Shown here one piece after another: positions 42,301 through 56,725 of a stretch of 64,000 bases of DNA. How positions within the stretch are numbered: the stretch's first letter is position 1; the number at the start of each line of letters is the position of its first letter. Below the pieces are notes generated by a model, which ran no database searches, was not told the origin of the DNA, and saw only the letters and a list, made by a program, of their open reading frames with translations. A program made the position numbers and the translations under genes. Source of the stretch: the human T2T-CHM13v2.0 reference genome, Homo sapiens; the NCBI RefSeq assembly GCF_009914755.1, contig NC_060927.1. One strand, given 5' to 3'.

Positions 42301-45300
42301 CAATGGTTTTAAACTATACTTTGGAACAAATGGCCTTAACAGATATATACGGAACATTCCATCCAACAACCACAGAATACACATTCTATTCAACAGTGAA
42401 GGGAACTTTCTTCAAGATAGACCAAATGATAGGCTATGAAATGAGCTTCAATAAATTTTAAAAAATTGAAATTATATCAAGCACTCTCTCAGACCACAGT
42501 GGAATAAAACTGGAAATCAATTCCAAAAGGAACCTTTAAAACCATGCAAATACATGAAAAGTAACCTGCTCCTGAGTGATCATTGAGTCAAAAATGAAAT
42601 CAAGATGGAAATTAAAGAATTATTCGAATTGAACAATACTGACACAACCTATCAAAACCTCTGGGATACAGCAAAGGCAATGCTAACAGAAAAGTTCATA
42701 GCTCTAAAAACCGACATAAAAAAGACTTAAAGAGCACAAACTGACAATCTAAGGTCACACCTCAAGGAACTAGAGAAACAAGAACAGACCAAACCCAAAC
42801 TCAGCAGAAGAAAGGAAATAAGCAAAATCAGAGCAGAACTAAATGAAATTTAAACAATAGAAAAATACAAAAGATTAATGAAACAAAAATCTGGGTCTTC
42901 AAAAAGATAAATAAAATTGATAGATCATTGGCAAGATTAACAAAGAAGAGAGGAGAGAAAATCCAAATAACTTCACTAAGAAATGATACGGGAGATATTA
43001 CAACTGACACCACACAAATACAAAAGATCATTCAAGACAACTAGGAATACCTTTTCTCACATAAACTAGAAAATCTAGAAGGGATGGGTAAATTCCTGGA
43101 AAGATACAACTCTCCTAGCTTAAATCAGGAAGAATTAGATACCCTGAACAGACCAATAACAAGCAGTGAGACTGAAATGGTAATTAAAAAATTACCGACT
43201 AAAAAAGTTCAGGAGCAGAAGGATTCACAGCAGAATTCTACCAGACCATTGGAACCAATCCTGTTTACACTATTCAGCAAGATAAAGACTGAACCCTCCC
43301 TAATTCATTCTATGAAGCCAGCATCACCCTAATACTAACACCAGGAAAAGACATAACCAAACAAGAAAACTACAGACCGATATCCCTGATGAACATAGAT
43401 GCTAAAATCCTTAACAAAACACTAGCTAACTGAATCCAACAACATAACAAAAAGATAACCCACCATGATCAAGTAGGTTTCACTTCAGGGATGCAGGGAT
43501 GTTTTAAAATACACAAGTCAATAAATGTGAAACACCACATAAACAGAATTAAAAACAAAAATCACATGATTATCTCAATAGATACAGAAAAAGCATTCAA
43601 CAAAATCCAGCATCCCTTTATGATTAAAACCCTCAGCAAAATCAGCATACAAGGGACATACCTCAATGTAATAAAAGCCATCTATGACAACCCCACAGCC
43701 AAATTATACTGAATAGGGAAAAGTTGAAAGTATTCCCTCTGAGAACTGGAAAAAGACAAGGATGCCTACTCTCACCACTCCTCTTCAACTTAGTACTGGA
43801 AGTCCTAGCCAGAGCAATCAGACAAGAAAAAGAAATAAAGGGCATCCAGATCAGTAAAGAAGAAGTCAAACTGTCACTGTTTGCTGATGATATGATGGTT
43901 TACCTCAAAAACTCTAAAGAATCATCCAGAAAACTCCTAGAACTGATAAAATAATTCAGCAGTTTCCAGATACAAGATTAAGGTACACAAATCAGTAGCT
44001 CTTCTACACACCAACAGTGACCAAGCAGAGAATCAATTCAAAAACTCAACCCCTTTTACAATAGCTGCCAAAAAAAAAAAACCACTTATGAATATACCTA
44101 ACCAGGAGATGAAAGACCTCTACAAGGAAAACTACAAAACACTGCTGCAAGAAATCATAGATGGTGCAAACAAATGGAAACACATCCCATGCTCACGGAT
44201 GGGTAGAATTAATATTGTGAAAATGATCATACTACCAAAAACAATCTACAAATTCAATGCAAATCCCATCAAAATACCACCATATTCTTCAAAGGATTAT
44301 AAAAAAAACTCTAAAATTCATATAGAATCAAAAAAGAGCCCAGAAAGCAAGACTAAGCAAAAAGAACAAATCTAGAGGCATCACATTACCTGATTTCAAA
44401 CTATACTATAAGGCCATAGTCACCAAAACAGCATGGTACTGGTACAAAAGTAGGAGCATAGACCAATGGAGCAGAATAGACAACCCAGAAGTAAACCCAA
44501 ATACTTACAGCCAACTGATCTCCAACAAAGGAAACAAAATCATAAAGTGGGGAAAGGACCCCCTTTTCAACAAATGGTGCTGATATAATTGGCTAGCCAC
44601 ATGTAGGAGAATGAAACTGGATCCTCATCTCTCACCTTATACAAAAATCAACCCAAGATGGATGAAGGACTTAAATCTAACACCTGAAACTACAAAAATT
44701 CTAGAAGATAACATTGGAAAAACGCTTCTCAACATTAGCTTAGGCAAGAATTTCATGACCAAGAACCCAAAAGCAAATGCAATAAAAACAAGGATAAACA
44801 GCTGGAACTTAATTAAACTAAAGAGCTTTTGCATGGCAAAGCAACAGTCAGCAGAGTAAACAGACAACCTAAAGAGTAGGAGAAAATCTTCACAATCTAT
44901 TCATCTGACAAAGGACTAATATCCAGAATCTACAACGAACTCAAATCAGCGGGAAAAAAAAACAAACAAAAAATCCCATACAAAAGTGGGTGAAGGACAT
45001 GAACAGACAATTCTCTGAAGAAAATATACAAATGGCCAACCAACATATGAAAAAATGCTCAACACCACTAATGATCAAGGAATGCAAATCAAAACCACAA
45101 TGCAATATCACCTTACTCCTGTAAGAATGGCCATCAATAAAAAATCAAAAAACAGTACACGTTGGTGTGGATGCGGTGATCAGGGAACACTTCTACACTG
45201 CTGGTGGAAATGCAAACTAGTACAACCACTGTGGAAAACAGTGTGGAGATTCCTTAATGAACAAAAGTAGCACCACTATTTGATCCAGCAATCCCACTAC

Positions 45301-45855
45301 TGGGTATCTACCTAGAGGAAAAAAAGTCATTATACGAAAAAGATACTTGCACATGCATGTTTATAGCAGCACAATTCACAATTGCAAAAATGTGGAATCC
45401 ACCCAAATGTCCATCAATCAACGAGTGGATAAAGAAACTGTGATATATATATACATATACATACACATACAAACACACACACATATGATGGAATATTACC
45501 CAGCTATAAAAAGGAATGAATTAACGGCATTCACAGTGACCTGGATGAGATAGTAGACTATTATTCTAAATGAAGTACCTCAGGAATGGAAAACCAAACA
45601 TCGTATGTTCTCATTGATATGTGGGAGCTAGCTATGAGGACGCAAAGGCGTAAGAATGATACAATGGACTTTCGGGACTTGGGGGGAAGGTTGGGAGGGG
45701 GGCAAGGGACAGAAGACTACAAATTGGGTGCAGTGTATACCACTTGGGGGATGGGTGCACCAAAATCTCACAAATCACCACTAAAAAACTTACTCATATA
45801 ACCAAAAACCACCTGTACCCCACTAACCTATGGAAAAATAATAATAAAATAAAAG
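39328..45855 (+). mobile_element. Full-length (~6.5 kb) L1PB1-like LINE-1, antisense to CNTN3; ORF1 (~40740-41720) and ORF2 (~41812-45600) both disrupted
   Basis: GC-rich 5'UTR. ORF-track fragments match L1 ORF1p (…PNLRIIGIP…) and the ORF2p reverse transcriptase (…[26 protein letters not shown]…LFADDM). L1PB-type 3'UTR; many stops and frameshifts. Confidence 0.92.
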
Positions 45856-46240
45856 TCAAACAATTGAACTCATGGACATAGAGAGTAGAAGGATGATTAC
45901 TAGGGGCTGGGAAGGGTAGTGAGGGGTTTGGGGTGAGGGGGATAAGTGGAGATTAACAGGGACAAAAAAATAGAATGACTAAGACCTACTATTTGATAGC
46001 ATAACAGGGTGACTATAGTCAATAATAACTGTACATTTTTATATAACTTAAAGAGTTTAATTATATTGTTTGCAATTCAATGGCTAAATGTTTGAGGGGA
46101 TGGATACTTCATTCTTCCTGATGTGCTTATTTCACATTGCATATCTGTATCAAAAGATCTCATGTACTCCTTAAATATATACACCTACAATGTACCCACA
46201 AAAATTAAAAAACAAATAAAAAAAGTTGAATTAAAAAAAA
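45856..46240 (+). mobile_element. L1MA2/3-like 3' end directly following the L1PB tail
   Basis: caaacaattgaactcatggacatagagagtagaagg…tgtacccacaaaaattaaaaa plus an A-rich tail. Confidence 0.8.
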
Positions 46241-46699
46241 AGCATACCTACTTGATTTCCTTACATTCAGGTAACTGATTTTGGCTCCACTTACATGGAT
46301 GAGCATTTCATTTAGAAAAGCAAAGACTCAAATGCAAAAGTGATTGTATCATTTGGCATTCTTCTTTTTCCCCAAGTATACTCACACATATAATAATTAG
46401 CAAAGGCATAAAAATATAGAATCCCCTTGTTCCAGGGGAGTCTGGGCATGTGTTTCAGGCCAGGCTGGTCCAGTTTTTCTCACAACTGGAAACAACAGTT
46501 GGTTGTTTGCCCAAGATGAATCAATGAGAAGCCTACTTAGCTCTGGGTAGAATAATCAGAAAGAAACTGCCCACCTTTCCCAGTGTGACTGGCCAAGAGA
46601 CAACAGTTCTCTTGAGGTGCTGGTGGCAATCTTTCTGCCACGAAGAGAGAACTTGGTTAGAGTGATGCTGCCATGGAGCAGAGACAGTGATGGAGAGAG

Positions 46700-47900
<1,201 letters not shown>

Positions 47901-50900
47901 GAGATCTTATTACATGATTGTGGTGAATGTTGTTTGAGTGTCTGGATCCATTCATACTGAATGTCAGAATCACCACTTGACTTTTTGATTATACAAAGCA
48001 GAATATTTATCCTACAGATTATCTCTTGCAAACTCAACATAAAATTCTCAATGTTTCTTTTTAGAAACTAATGCAACTTATCATTTTTAAGCCATCTGCA
48101 AATTTTATTCATCAGTCCCTTGAGATGAAAGATGCTGTTAAGAGTTTGCTCTCTTTGGTGGCAAATGACAGAAACCCATCTTAGATTACTTAAAGAGGCT
48201 AATTAGTGTTTAACTTAAAAATGCTTCTAAAAAACACAAGTATTTGGATATCAAAAATTAAGTGTTTAATGGAAGCTACAGTACTTGAGAATCCTTGTGT
48301 TATTTTACATTAATCAGAAATATCATCTAAAATCTGTACTGATTTAAAGCCTTGCATACAAAATTCCATAATGATGAGTACATGAAACTTGCACATTTTA
48401 AGTGAGATGGTAAAGAACTGTAGCATGTTTTGAATTTGCAATGTGCAGTCAAGAGGAAGTACATTTGATTAATAATAGTACTTGAGGTTTGGCTTGCTTC
48501 TCTAAGTTTCATTCATCCATTCAACATTTAATATGCTGCTCCTATGTGCTGGGTTTGTGCTGGGCACTGTGGCTGGGTAAATAAGACACAGAAGGACTCT
48601 TTCCCTGTAAAGTTTAGAATCCATAGGGGAAGAGCGATAGCAAGCAGGTAATCAAAAATGTTATTTTTGCTCTTTATGCCAAGGCAGACAAGTAATTCTC
48701 TTCATAGTGATAATCACAAGAGCCTTACCAAAATTTTAAATAGGATTTGCAGTTAAACCATGTCAAAGCTTAGGAAGACTATTTAGAGCTACCAGTAACA
48801 ATATTATTAATGGCTCTAAGAGATTCTGTTTTACTTGAAATTTTGGTACATATTTAAAAATTATTAACATAAAATTTAAAAATTAACATATGTTCTTTAT
48901 ATGCCATTTTAGGATGACTGGGGATTTTAATGATCTATATGAATTTCCCACCCAACGTAGGAAATTGTCCTTAATAACATCTACAGATCAACCTAAAGAC
49001 TCTAGATGAACTCCAGTTGAATAATAGCAGAACATTGTTTTTGAGAGATTTCATTCAGTTGCTGGATTTCCCATCAAACTAAAGCTCCATGAGCAGAGAA
49101 GCCATGACCACCTGTGATCATCTTACCCAGTTCCTAAGCACAGAGCAAAATCACAATAAATAAAGGTATTAAATGAGTGATGAAATTCTAACAATATGGC
49201 TGAAAGAGAGGATACCATAGTGGTTAAGACTATGGATTTGGATGCCCATCCTGTTACTTACTCTGCAATGTCAGTACCATTATATAACCTCCATATGCCT
49301 CAGCTTCCTCCTCTCTAAAGTAAGCATGCTAATACCTTCAAGTCATGACATTGCTGTGGGAATTAAGAATCAATACATGAAAATTACTTAGAACCATGAC
49401 CGGAAATTGCTCAGTAAGTGTCAACCATAATTATCAGCATCACTGTTTTGTGCAAATTTCTACTTCGGATTGGGCGTTTATATGCTATCCCTAAATTGTA
49501 AAGGGATTTGGCTTCTTTTTAAAATTTTCATTCATTCATTGTACATTATCATGACATTTCTATTGATTTCTAATCAGTCTCTTCCTTCTGTCTTACTAAT
49601 CCACTAAGTTCTTCACTGATTCCACCATGATGTTACACTGTCTTTTACTATCATAATTTCCTAGCAAGTAATCACATCAATTATTAAGTCAGAGAAAAGA
49701 GCCAGACAAATTTGTTTGCATATATTTTTGCAATCAGAATCTTTGATTGATGCTGTGTTTGGAATATATAAATAATGATGTATATTTAGACCATATTGAT
49801 TCAGTAAGAATTGTTGAGAAAACCAAACATATTTAGTAAAGAGTTGTAAATACAGAGTTTTTTTGTATCTGTATTTCCAAACCCATGTGCTCTTTGGTCT
49901 AACAGCAACCAAGTGGTATGAAAAACAGGTAGATTAGACTTCCTATAATAATTAGATAAGGATCATGTTAAATTGTTACATTAGTCGGTTGCTTACAAAT
50001 GGGTCTTGCTATAGAAATTCAAATGGTTTCTTGCTAAATTTGTGCTCTGCAATGCTCATTGTACTAGCCAATTGTTAGCCACACTCTTTTTTCTATACCT
50101 AATACAAAGATAAACACACAAACTTCTTTAATCAAATTTACACGTGCTAATTAACATCTAAAGTAGCAGAACTGTCTTACATTACTTTAAGTTAACCATA
50201 AAAAATGCTAGCCAATCATATTCAACTTTATATTATTGAAGTTCTTTGCAATTTTAGACAAAAAAGTATGTTTTCAAAAAAATTGGAAATGATATGGAAA
50301 CAGAAATGCGTCAATGAAATTAGCAACCAAGCATAAAAATTGTCTCATTCTTACATAAAGTTAGTTAAGCAAACATTTTTATTAAATTAAGAAATTTGAA
50401 AAATAAATTAAGAAAACAATTTTCTGCAAGTAAAAGTATGGTATCACTGCGCGTAAGTTACCTAATCCTTTCAAGCCATACTTCTATCACCTTTAAAATA
50501 GAGATAATAATGGCACCTACCTCTTGGGAGTAGTTATGAGGATTAAATGTGGGAATGAGCATAAATTACTTGGGATACAGAATGTTTTCAATCACTATTA
50601 GCTAAGATGAGGGCAATGACAATAGTAACTTAAACATTTGCATTGTAAGTACCAATAAAACAATAAAACACAATGATTAAATGTATACTATGCTATTAGA
50701 TTAACTGAAATATGTGTGGAACATTAGCAAATTGTAAATCACTGACTTTCTTGTAGACTAATATAATTGTAACTCATGATTGCAGCTGGCGAATTTACCT
50801 GTGAATACACAGCTAACAAAAACTCAGCTTTGAAAGCAACACTGACAACTCTGGTTAGATTTTTTAAAGTATCAACACATTCACAGGACCATCATCTTTT

Positions 50901-51191
50901 GCTGATAACCATTTAATGCACATTGCCATTTTTTGTATGATGGAGGAAAGAAAGATAAAGAAGGAAAAATCACTCCTGATTCTTCGGCATTAATTTTAAC
51001 TTATTCATGCTTATCAGAAATCCTCAAGCTTTGGGAAACTAAAAATACATGAAAGTAAACCCAACTAAGCTTATCATATTTTAAAAGAAAAGGGGATAGA
51101 TTTAACCTAACACCCCACACTAAGATTTTTTCAGAAGGTGCACGTTCATTTTCACACTCTACCTAAAGATTTAGGGATATCATGAGGACAA

Positions 51192-51236
51192 GGGTTTTGG
51201 AGTTGGGTTTTGGAGTTAGGTTTTGGAGTTAGGTTT
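51192..51236. repeat. 13-bp tandem repeat (G/A)GGTTTTGGAGTT, ~3.5 copies
   Basis: Seen directly. Confidence 0.9.
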
Positions 51237-51350
51237 ATATAATCTAGTGAGATTAATGACTTGGGTTGTCCATTTCAAATAATAGAGAAGGCTATCCTTT
51301 TTAATGCAAACTATTTTCCGTACCATTCAAAGAAATCAGAATATACTTAC

Positions 51351-51537
51351 GCGTTTTCTTGGTGGTTACATTAACTGTGGCGCTAAAAGGCCCAGCGCCG
51401 GCACTGTTGTAAGCCCGGACAGCCGTGTAATAGGCCAGGTTGCTCTTCAGGCCCCGTAGTCTGGCTGATGTCTCATTTCCTGCCACTTTCATCTTACTGG
51501 ATGATTCCTCCTTTCCACCCCCATTCCAGTACCGCAC
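51351..51537 (-). CDS. CNTN3: CNTN3 coding exon (187 bp), FNIII: VRYWNGGGKEESSSKMKVAGNETSARLRGLKSNLAYYTAVRAYNSAGAGPFSATVNVTTKKT
   Basis: Acceptor TCTTCCGCCCACCAG|GTG and donor ACGC|GTAAGT; phase 0 to 1. Contains the typical FNIII motif Y-x3-V-R-A-Y-N-x2-G-x-G-P-x-S. Locally GC/CpG-rich compared with the introns. Confidence 0.97.
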
Positions 51538-51833
51538 CTGGTGGGCGGAAGACACCAAACATGTGAAGGCTTAAAAAATTCTGCCCTTTCCATTAAGTGA
51601 TTTTCATTAAAATGGGCACTGACTTATTTCCTGATTTGTTCAACCAATATTTACTGAAGACCTACTATGTGCTAGGTGCTGCATTAGGCTGTGTGTCACA
51701 GCAGTGAAGATAGAGAAAAGGGACTCTAGGAGGAGAAAAATAATGAACAAATAAATATATGAACCAGATAAATTCAAACAGAACAAATGCTGAGCAAGCC
51801 AGACTATGAGATTATAAGTGGGAGAATGAAGGG

Positions 51834-51876
<43 letters not shown>

Positions 51877-53629
51877 AAATAGGAACAAAGTGTTACCATT
51901 AATATTGCCAATTTTCTGTAAGTATTGCTGTGTTCTATACAATTTTGCTCAAAAATGTTTACATAAGGCCAGATCATTTTTTAAAAATGTGGAAAAGTCA
52001 AGAAAGAAATAAAAAAGATGACATCATTTTCTTTCTTAGTTGTGTTTTGGATTTAAATAGTCAAAGTACTACAACTGAAAGAACAGACTATCTCTATGCT
52101 AATTTGGATTTGATAGGCACAACTACAGTACAGGGATGGAGAAGAAAAAGTGTCTAGTCTGAAGGAACCAAATTTGGAAATGTAATTGTTCAGAAAAGAG
52201 TGAACGTAAGGTTGACAGAACATGAAGGTAGCATCTACAGAAGATAAGCAGAGAGACAAGTATTACAAAGCATACGAGGAACCCTGCTAGCAAGAAAATG
52301 TCAGCAGACCCAACCAGTGGAAGATGAGCTGGAATACGCTGATCTGAAACAAATTTTAAAATAACTGTTTAACATGTCTAGATTTACTAAAGAAGAAACT
52401 GAATCTACTATGCAATGACAGAAGATTTAAAAAAAATCAGATTTGAAAAATAATATGCAGGGCTTATAGACCTAAAAAATTACAATTATTAAAAAAATAA
52501 AATCAATGATAGAATTAAGCTGAAGACTTATGGTGGAAAAGGGAACTAATTAACCCAGAACAGAGCCTGTATAGAGAAATAAACATTACAAAAGCAAAGT
52601 TAAGGGACACTGAGGGTAGAATGAAAAGTTCTAACTGGAGTTCCAGAAGGAGAGACTGAGGAAAAACCAATATTCAAAGGGAAAAAGGCTGATAATTTTC
52701 CAGAACTGAAGAAACGCAGCAATTTTCCTATTGCAAATTCACTCTGAGTTTAGAGTAGGAAAAATAAAAGGCAAATCCACTCCAGGGGAGAGGGTTGTTA
52801 AGACTGAATTGTGGTTCTCAATCATTTTTCATTGCCAGACACCTGAGAGATACAGGCTATCTTCTTGAGCAGTCGTGAGTGACTATGCCTTGGTTTGCCA
52901 GTGAGGATGTGCACCTGGGACAGGAATTAACTGCATTTCCTCACCCAGCAGACAGCAGGAGGGAAAGGATGTTAAGGTGGATTCACACACCTGAGGCAGG
53001 GGCTTGTCTGTCTTGGTTATCACCATATCTTTAACTGTTCGCAGCAAAGCCTGTACATACTAACCATTAACTGCTGTTGAATTGTTGAATGACCTGAACA
53101 TAGTTTAAAAATGCCTCCCTCCTTCCTATGGCAGAGATTCGCCAGGCTTCGTATTCAAGTCTCAATACTGTATTCATCCATGAGACATCAAAACTCCAAT
53201 TTCTTGATGAGGCAATACAATTTTTTCCTTCAGAATCATAAAACCATTTCACAAACCAATATATTTTTATTTGGGTAAGTAAACAGAAACACAGTTGAGA
53301 AATATCAGAATTAAAAATATCCCTATTAGTTCCAGTAATTTGATTTTTCCATAAAGAATGTTCCTATTGTGAAGAGTCCTTAATACCACTGCAGCAGAGA
53401 TTTCACTTAATTTAAATTTAAAAATGAAATGCAGCTTATAAAAATAATCTATTAAAATGGCATTGTTCAGCCATTAAAGAATAGGTATTATATCAGAAAT
53501 ACTCTTTTAATAGACAAAAAGAATTATGTTCATACTAATAGATTTTCAAAGACAAATATTTTAACTTAGCAGTTAGACCAGACACATTTAAATAAATAAA
53601 AAGCAGGTAAAAATGCATTAAAGGTCTTT

Positions 53630-53960
53630 TAGGAAGACAACTCCAGATCTGTCTTCCACTCTTCTTCACTCTGCTCTCAGTCCCTAGGAGAGCTGACTGG
53701 TATGAACTATTGTCAGTCTGGCTCCTTTGCCCTGTGGCTTCTCGCTGGGTGTAGGTAATAGGATGCTGGTGATGGGAGGGTGGAAGGAAAGAGAGGCTGG
53801 GATATTTATTACCCTGCATTCCCCAATGCTGAGCCACCATTTGGTATGGAATATCTTTGCCTAATAAAGAATACAGCACCATTTAGGCAACCCTCACTCA
53901 CAAAAGGCTACTGCTATGGCTCTCTCCAGTAAAACCAACCCTTTGACCCTCTTCAAAAGT
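53630..53960. mobile_element. Old ERVL-type LTR fragment (LTR33-like)
   Basis: ctcctttgccctgtggcttct…ggaaagagaggctgggatatttatt, recalled motif. Confidence 0.45.
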
Positions 53961-54165
53961 CTGCATTATACTCACTTGAATGCATTTTTGCCTGTCATAT
54001 TTATTTCAGTATGCCTCAATTGTCTGTATCTTATTTTCCCATGTGCATTCAACTTGTGCTACAGTGAATTCTTTGCCCGATTGCAGGGAATTAGACCTAA
54101 TGCATAAGTCTTTTTTTTCCAGTGACATTTTCATAGTCTCAAAAAAAGTACTCACATATTTGACA

Positions 54166-54207
<42 letters not shown>

Positions 54208-54488
54208 AGACAGAGTCTCACTGTGTTGCCCAGGCTGGAATATAGTGGCACGATCTTGGCTCACTGCAATCTCCACCTCCTGGGTTCAAGCAATTCTCCT
54301 GCCTCAACCTTCTGAGTAGCAGGGATTATAGGTGCCTGCCACTATGCCTGGCTAATTTTTGTATTTTTAGTAGAGACAGGGTCTCACCATGTTGGCCATC
54401 CTGGACTCGAACTCCTGACCTAAGGTGATCCACCCTCCTCGGCCTCCCAAAGTGCTGGGATTACAGGTGTGAGCCACCACGCCTGGCC
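54166..54488 (-). mobile_element. Alu (S-type)
   Basis: Reverse Alu; TSD ACATCTTTTTT. Confidence 0.92.
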
Positions 54489-56127
54489 TACATCTTTTTT
54501 CATTCTAATTCAAATATCAGGAACACATTCCGTACAGCTGTTTGGAACAGGAGGCTGGAAGAAGGCATCAATGAAGTTTAAGTTTGGCATTCTATTATGG
54601 CACATTAATTACATTCTTCTGCCAAACTTAAAAAAAAGACTGATTCCTCCAAAATATGCTAATCTGTATCATTTCACAAGCGTAGACTTGTTTTAATCAT
54701 TTATCAAGGTCATTCTCCCAAATTTGGTTCTTTCAAAACAGAGAAGGACTTTAAAAAAATGGACTGTAGATACTGCACTAGAACGTGGGAGCTTTCATTC
54801 CTCAGGCACCCAGGATCCATGAACTTAAAGCCTTCTGCCTCTCTTCATCATGTCTGTATCTCTTGTTCCAACCCAAAAGGGCACCAGAAAAGATCTGAGC
54901 CTGAGTGTAACGGCTTAGCTGATGAAATAAATTGGAGCCCAGGGAAATGAGCTTCTCAACTACTGCTTGGTCAAATCAGAAAGAAAATTAGTCTAGATGC
55001 TAATGATGATGTGTGCTCAGCATGCCACATGGCACATGATCAACCCTCACTGAGATGAGAGAAAGGAAGGAGCTATTAACAATTTTAAAGCCAAACTGGG
55101 GAAACTGCAACCCAGAAAAGTTAGCCACACGACTGATAATTAAATACTCTGCCAAGTCCTTCTCCCCCAACCAAGGTTAATTTTTAAATCATTACTGAAA
55201 CTAAGAAAAGACATATTTTTATCTTGGTGTAATTACATAAATTATTTTGTAAGATTTTCCCAATTAGTACTTCTTTCAGCTTGTTTCCTTTTTCTTTATA
55301 CTTACCAAGCATTTGGGGAAGAAATGTTTAATCGTTGTTTCCTTTCAATACTGTATTCATGCTACATTTGGACATTCTATTTGCTACTCTTTACACAAAC
55401 AGGCAAGCGGCAATGCATTTCAACCTGTAATTAATTTCAAGAAAGTCCCATTTTCCCATAGCTCTTCTCATCTTTCTGTGCCCCACTTTGATGGCAATAT
55501 CAGCATGCATTAGAAATGGTGGCCACTGGGTCCCACACTGGGATTGTGCTACATCACTATATATTACTTCACTGGTTTGCTTTTTTTTTCTTCAGTACAA
55601 TCTCATCCCAAAGCCCAATATTCAAAACAGAGAAAAGTGACAGCCCTAAGTCTCTTTCGGCCATTTTGACAATAGCTGCTTTATCTCATTTAATTTGCAA
55701 ACAATGCTGTGAGTTATTATTATCTCTATTTTAACTGAGCCTTGGAGAGCTCGAACAACTTGCTCAAGGCCATACAGCAACAGGGTAGCAGAGCCCAAAC
55801 TGCAGTTATTCAATCAACATATATTTTTTGCATGCCTCCTGTATGTCAGATACTACTCCAGGCACTTGGGATAGATCAATGAGGAAAAAGGCTGAGTTAC
55901 CTTCTCCTTGTAGAGTTTGTATTCAAACTAGCAGATCTGAACACAGGTTTGTCTAATTCTAAAATGGTGTGGACTTAACTAGACACTGTGACGGTTCTAT
56001 GAGGATTTTTAAATTTTCTGTCTTTCAGTGAAACTCTCTTTCTTGGTGTGACCAATAATGGTGTAATTCTCCTTTCTTATAAAATATCCTTATCTGGATG
56101 ACTTCTTATTGACCTAAATTTATATAC

Positions 56128-56472
56128 AGTTATGTGTTACGATGACAGGGATACATTCTGAGAAATGTATCATTAGATGGTTGTTGCATTGTGTGAACAT
56201 CGTAGAGTGCAATTATGCGAACCTGCATGGTATAACTTACTACACACCTATGTTAGATGGTGTAGCGTAGTGCTCCTAGGCTATAAACCTGTACAGCATG
56301 TTACTGTACTGAATACTGTAGGCAAGTGTAACACAATTGTACATTTTTGTATATTCAAACATACATAAACATAGAAAAGGTAAAGTAAAATTGTGGTATT
56401 GTAATCTTAGGGGACCACTGTTGTATGTGTCATCTGTCCTAAACTGAAATATCATTATGTAGTGCATGACTA
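56128..56472. mobile_element. Tigger3/MER7-like DNA transposon fossil
   Basis: gggatacattctgagaaatg…ctaggctataaacctgtacagcatgttactgtactgaatactgtagg…gcatgact. Confidence 0.8.
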
Positions 56473-56725
56473 TATTAAAAAATCAACATCTACCTGCCTT
56501 AAGCTGTTCAACAACCACCAGTGACTGCTAGCACTCTGTTCGGTTTGGAATCCCACAAGCCATTCATGTATATTCTTCCATTTATTTTTCTTAACTATTT
56601 TACAAGTTACGACTAGGTCAAGAATTATGATCCTGTCATGATTTCTGTAAAGGACAACATTGTTCATGGTGAGTGTGCATGTCAGTCTCTCATCTGAGGA
56701 CTGCCATATGTGTTCATTTATTTTC

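Noticed and set aside
40677-45801. Many ORFs resembling L1 ORF1p and ORF2p (including reverse transcriptase)
   Set aside because: These are fragments of one dead L1 with numerous stops and frameshifts; it is not an active element or a new system.
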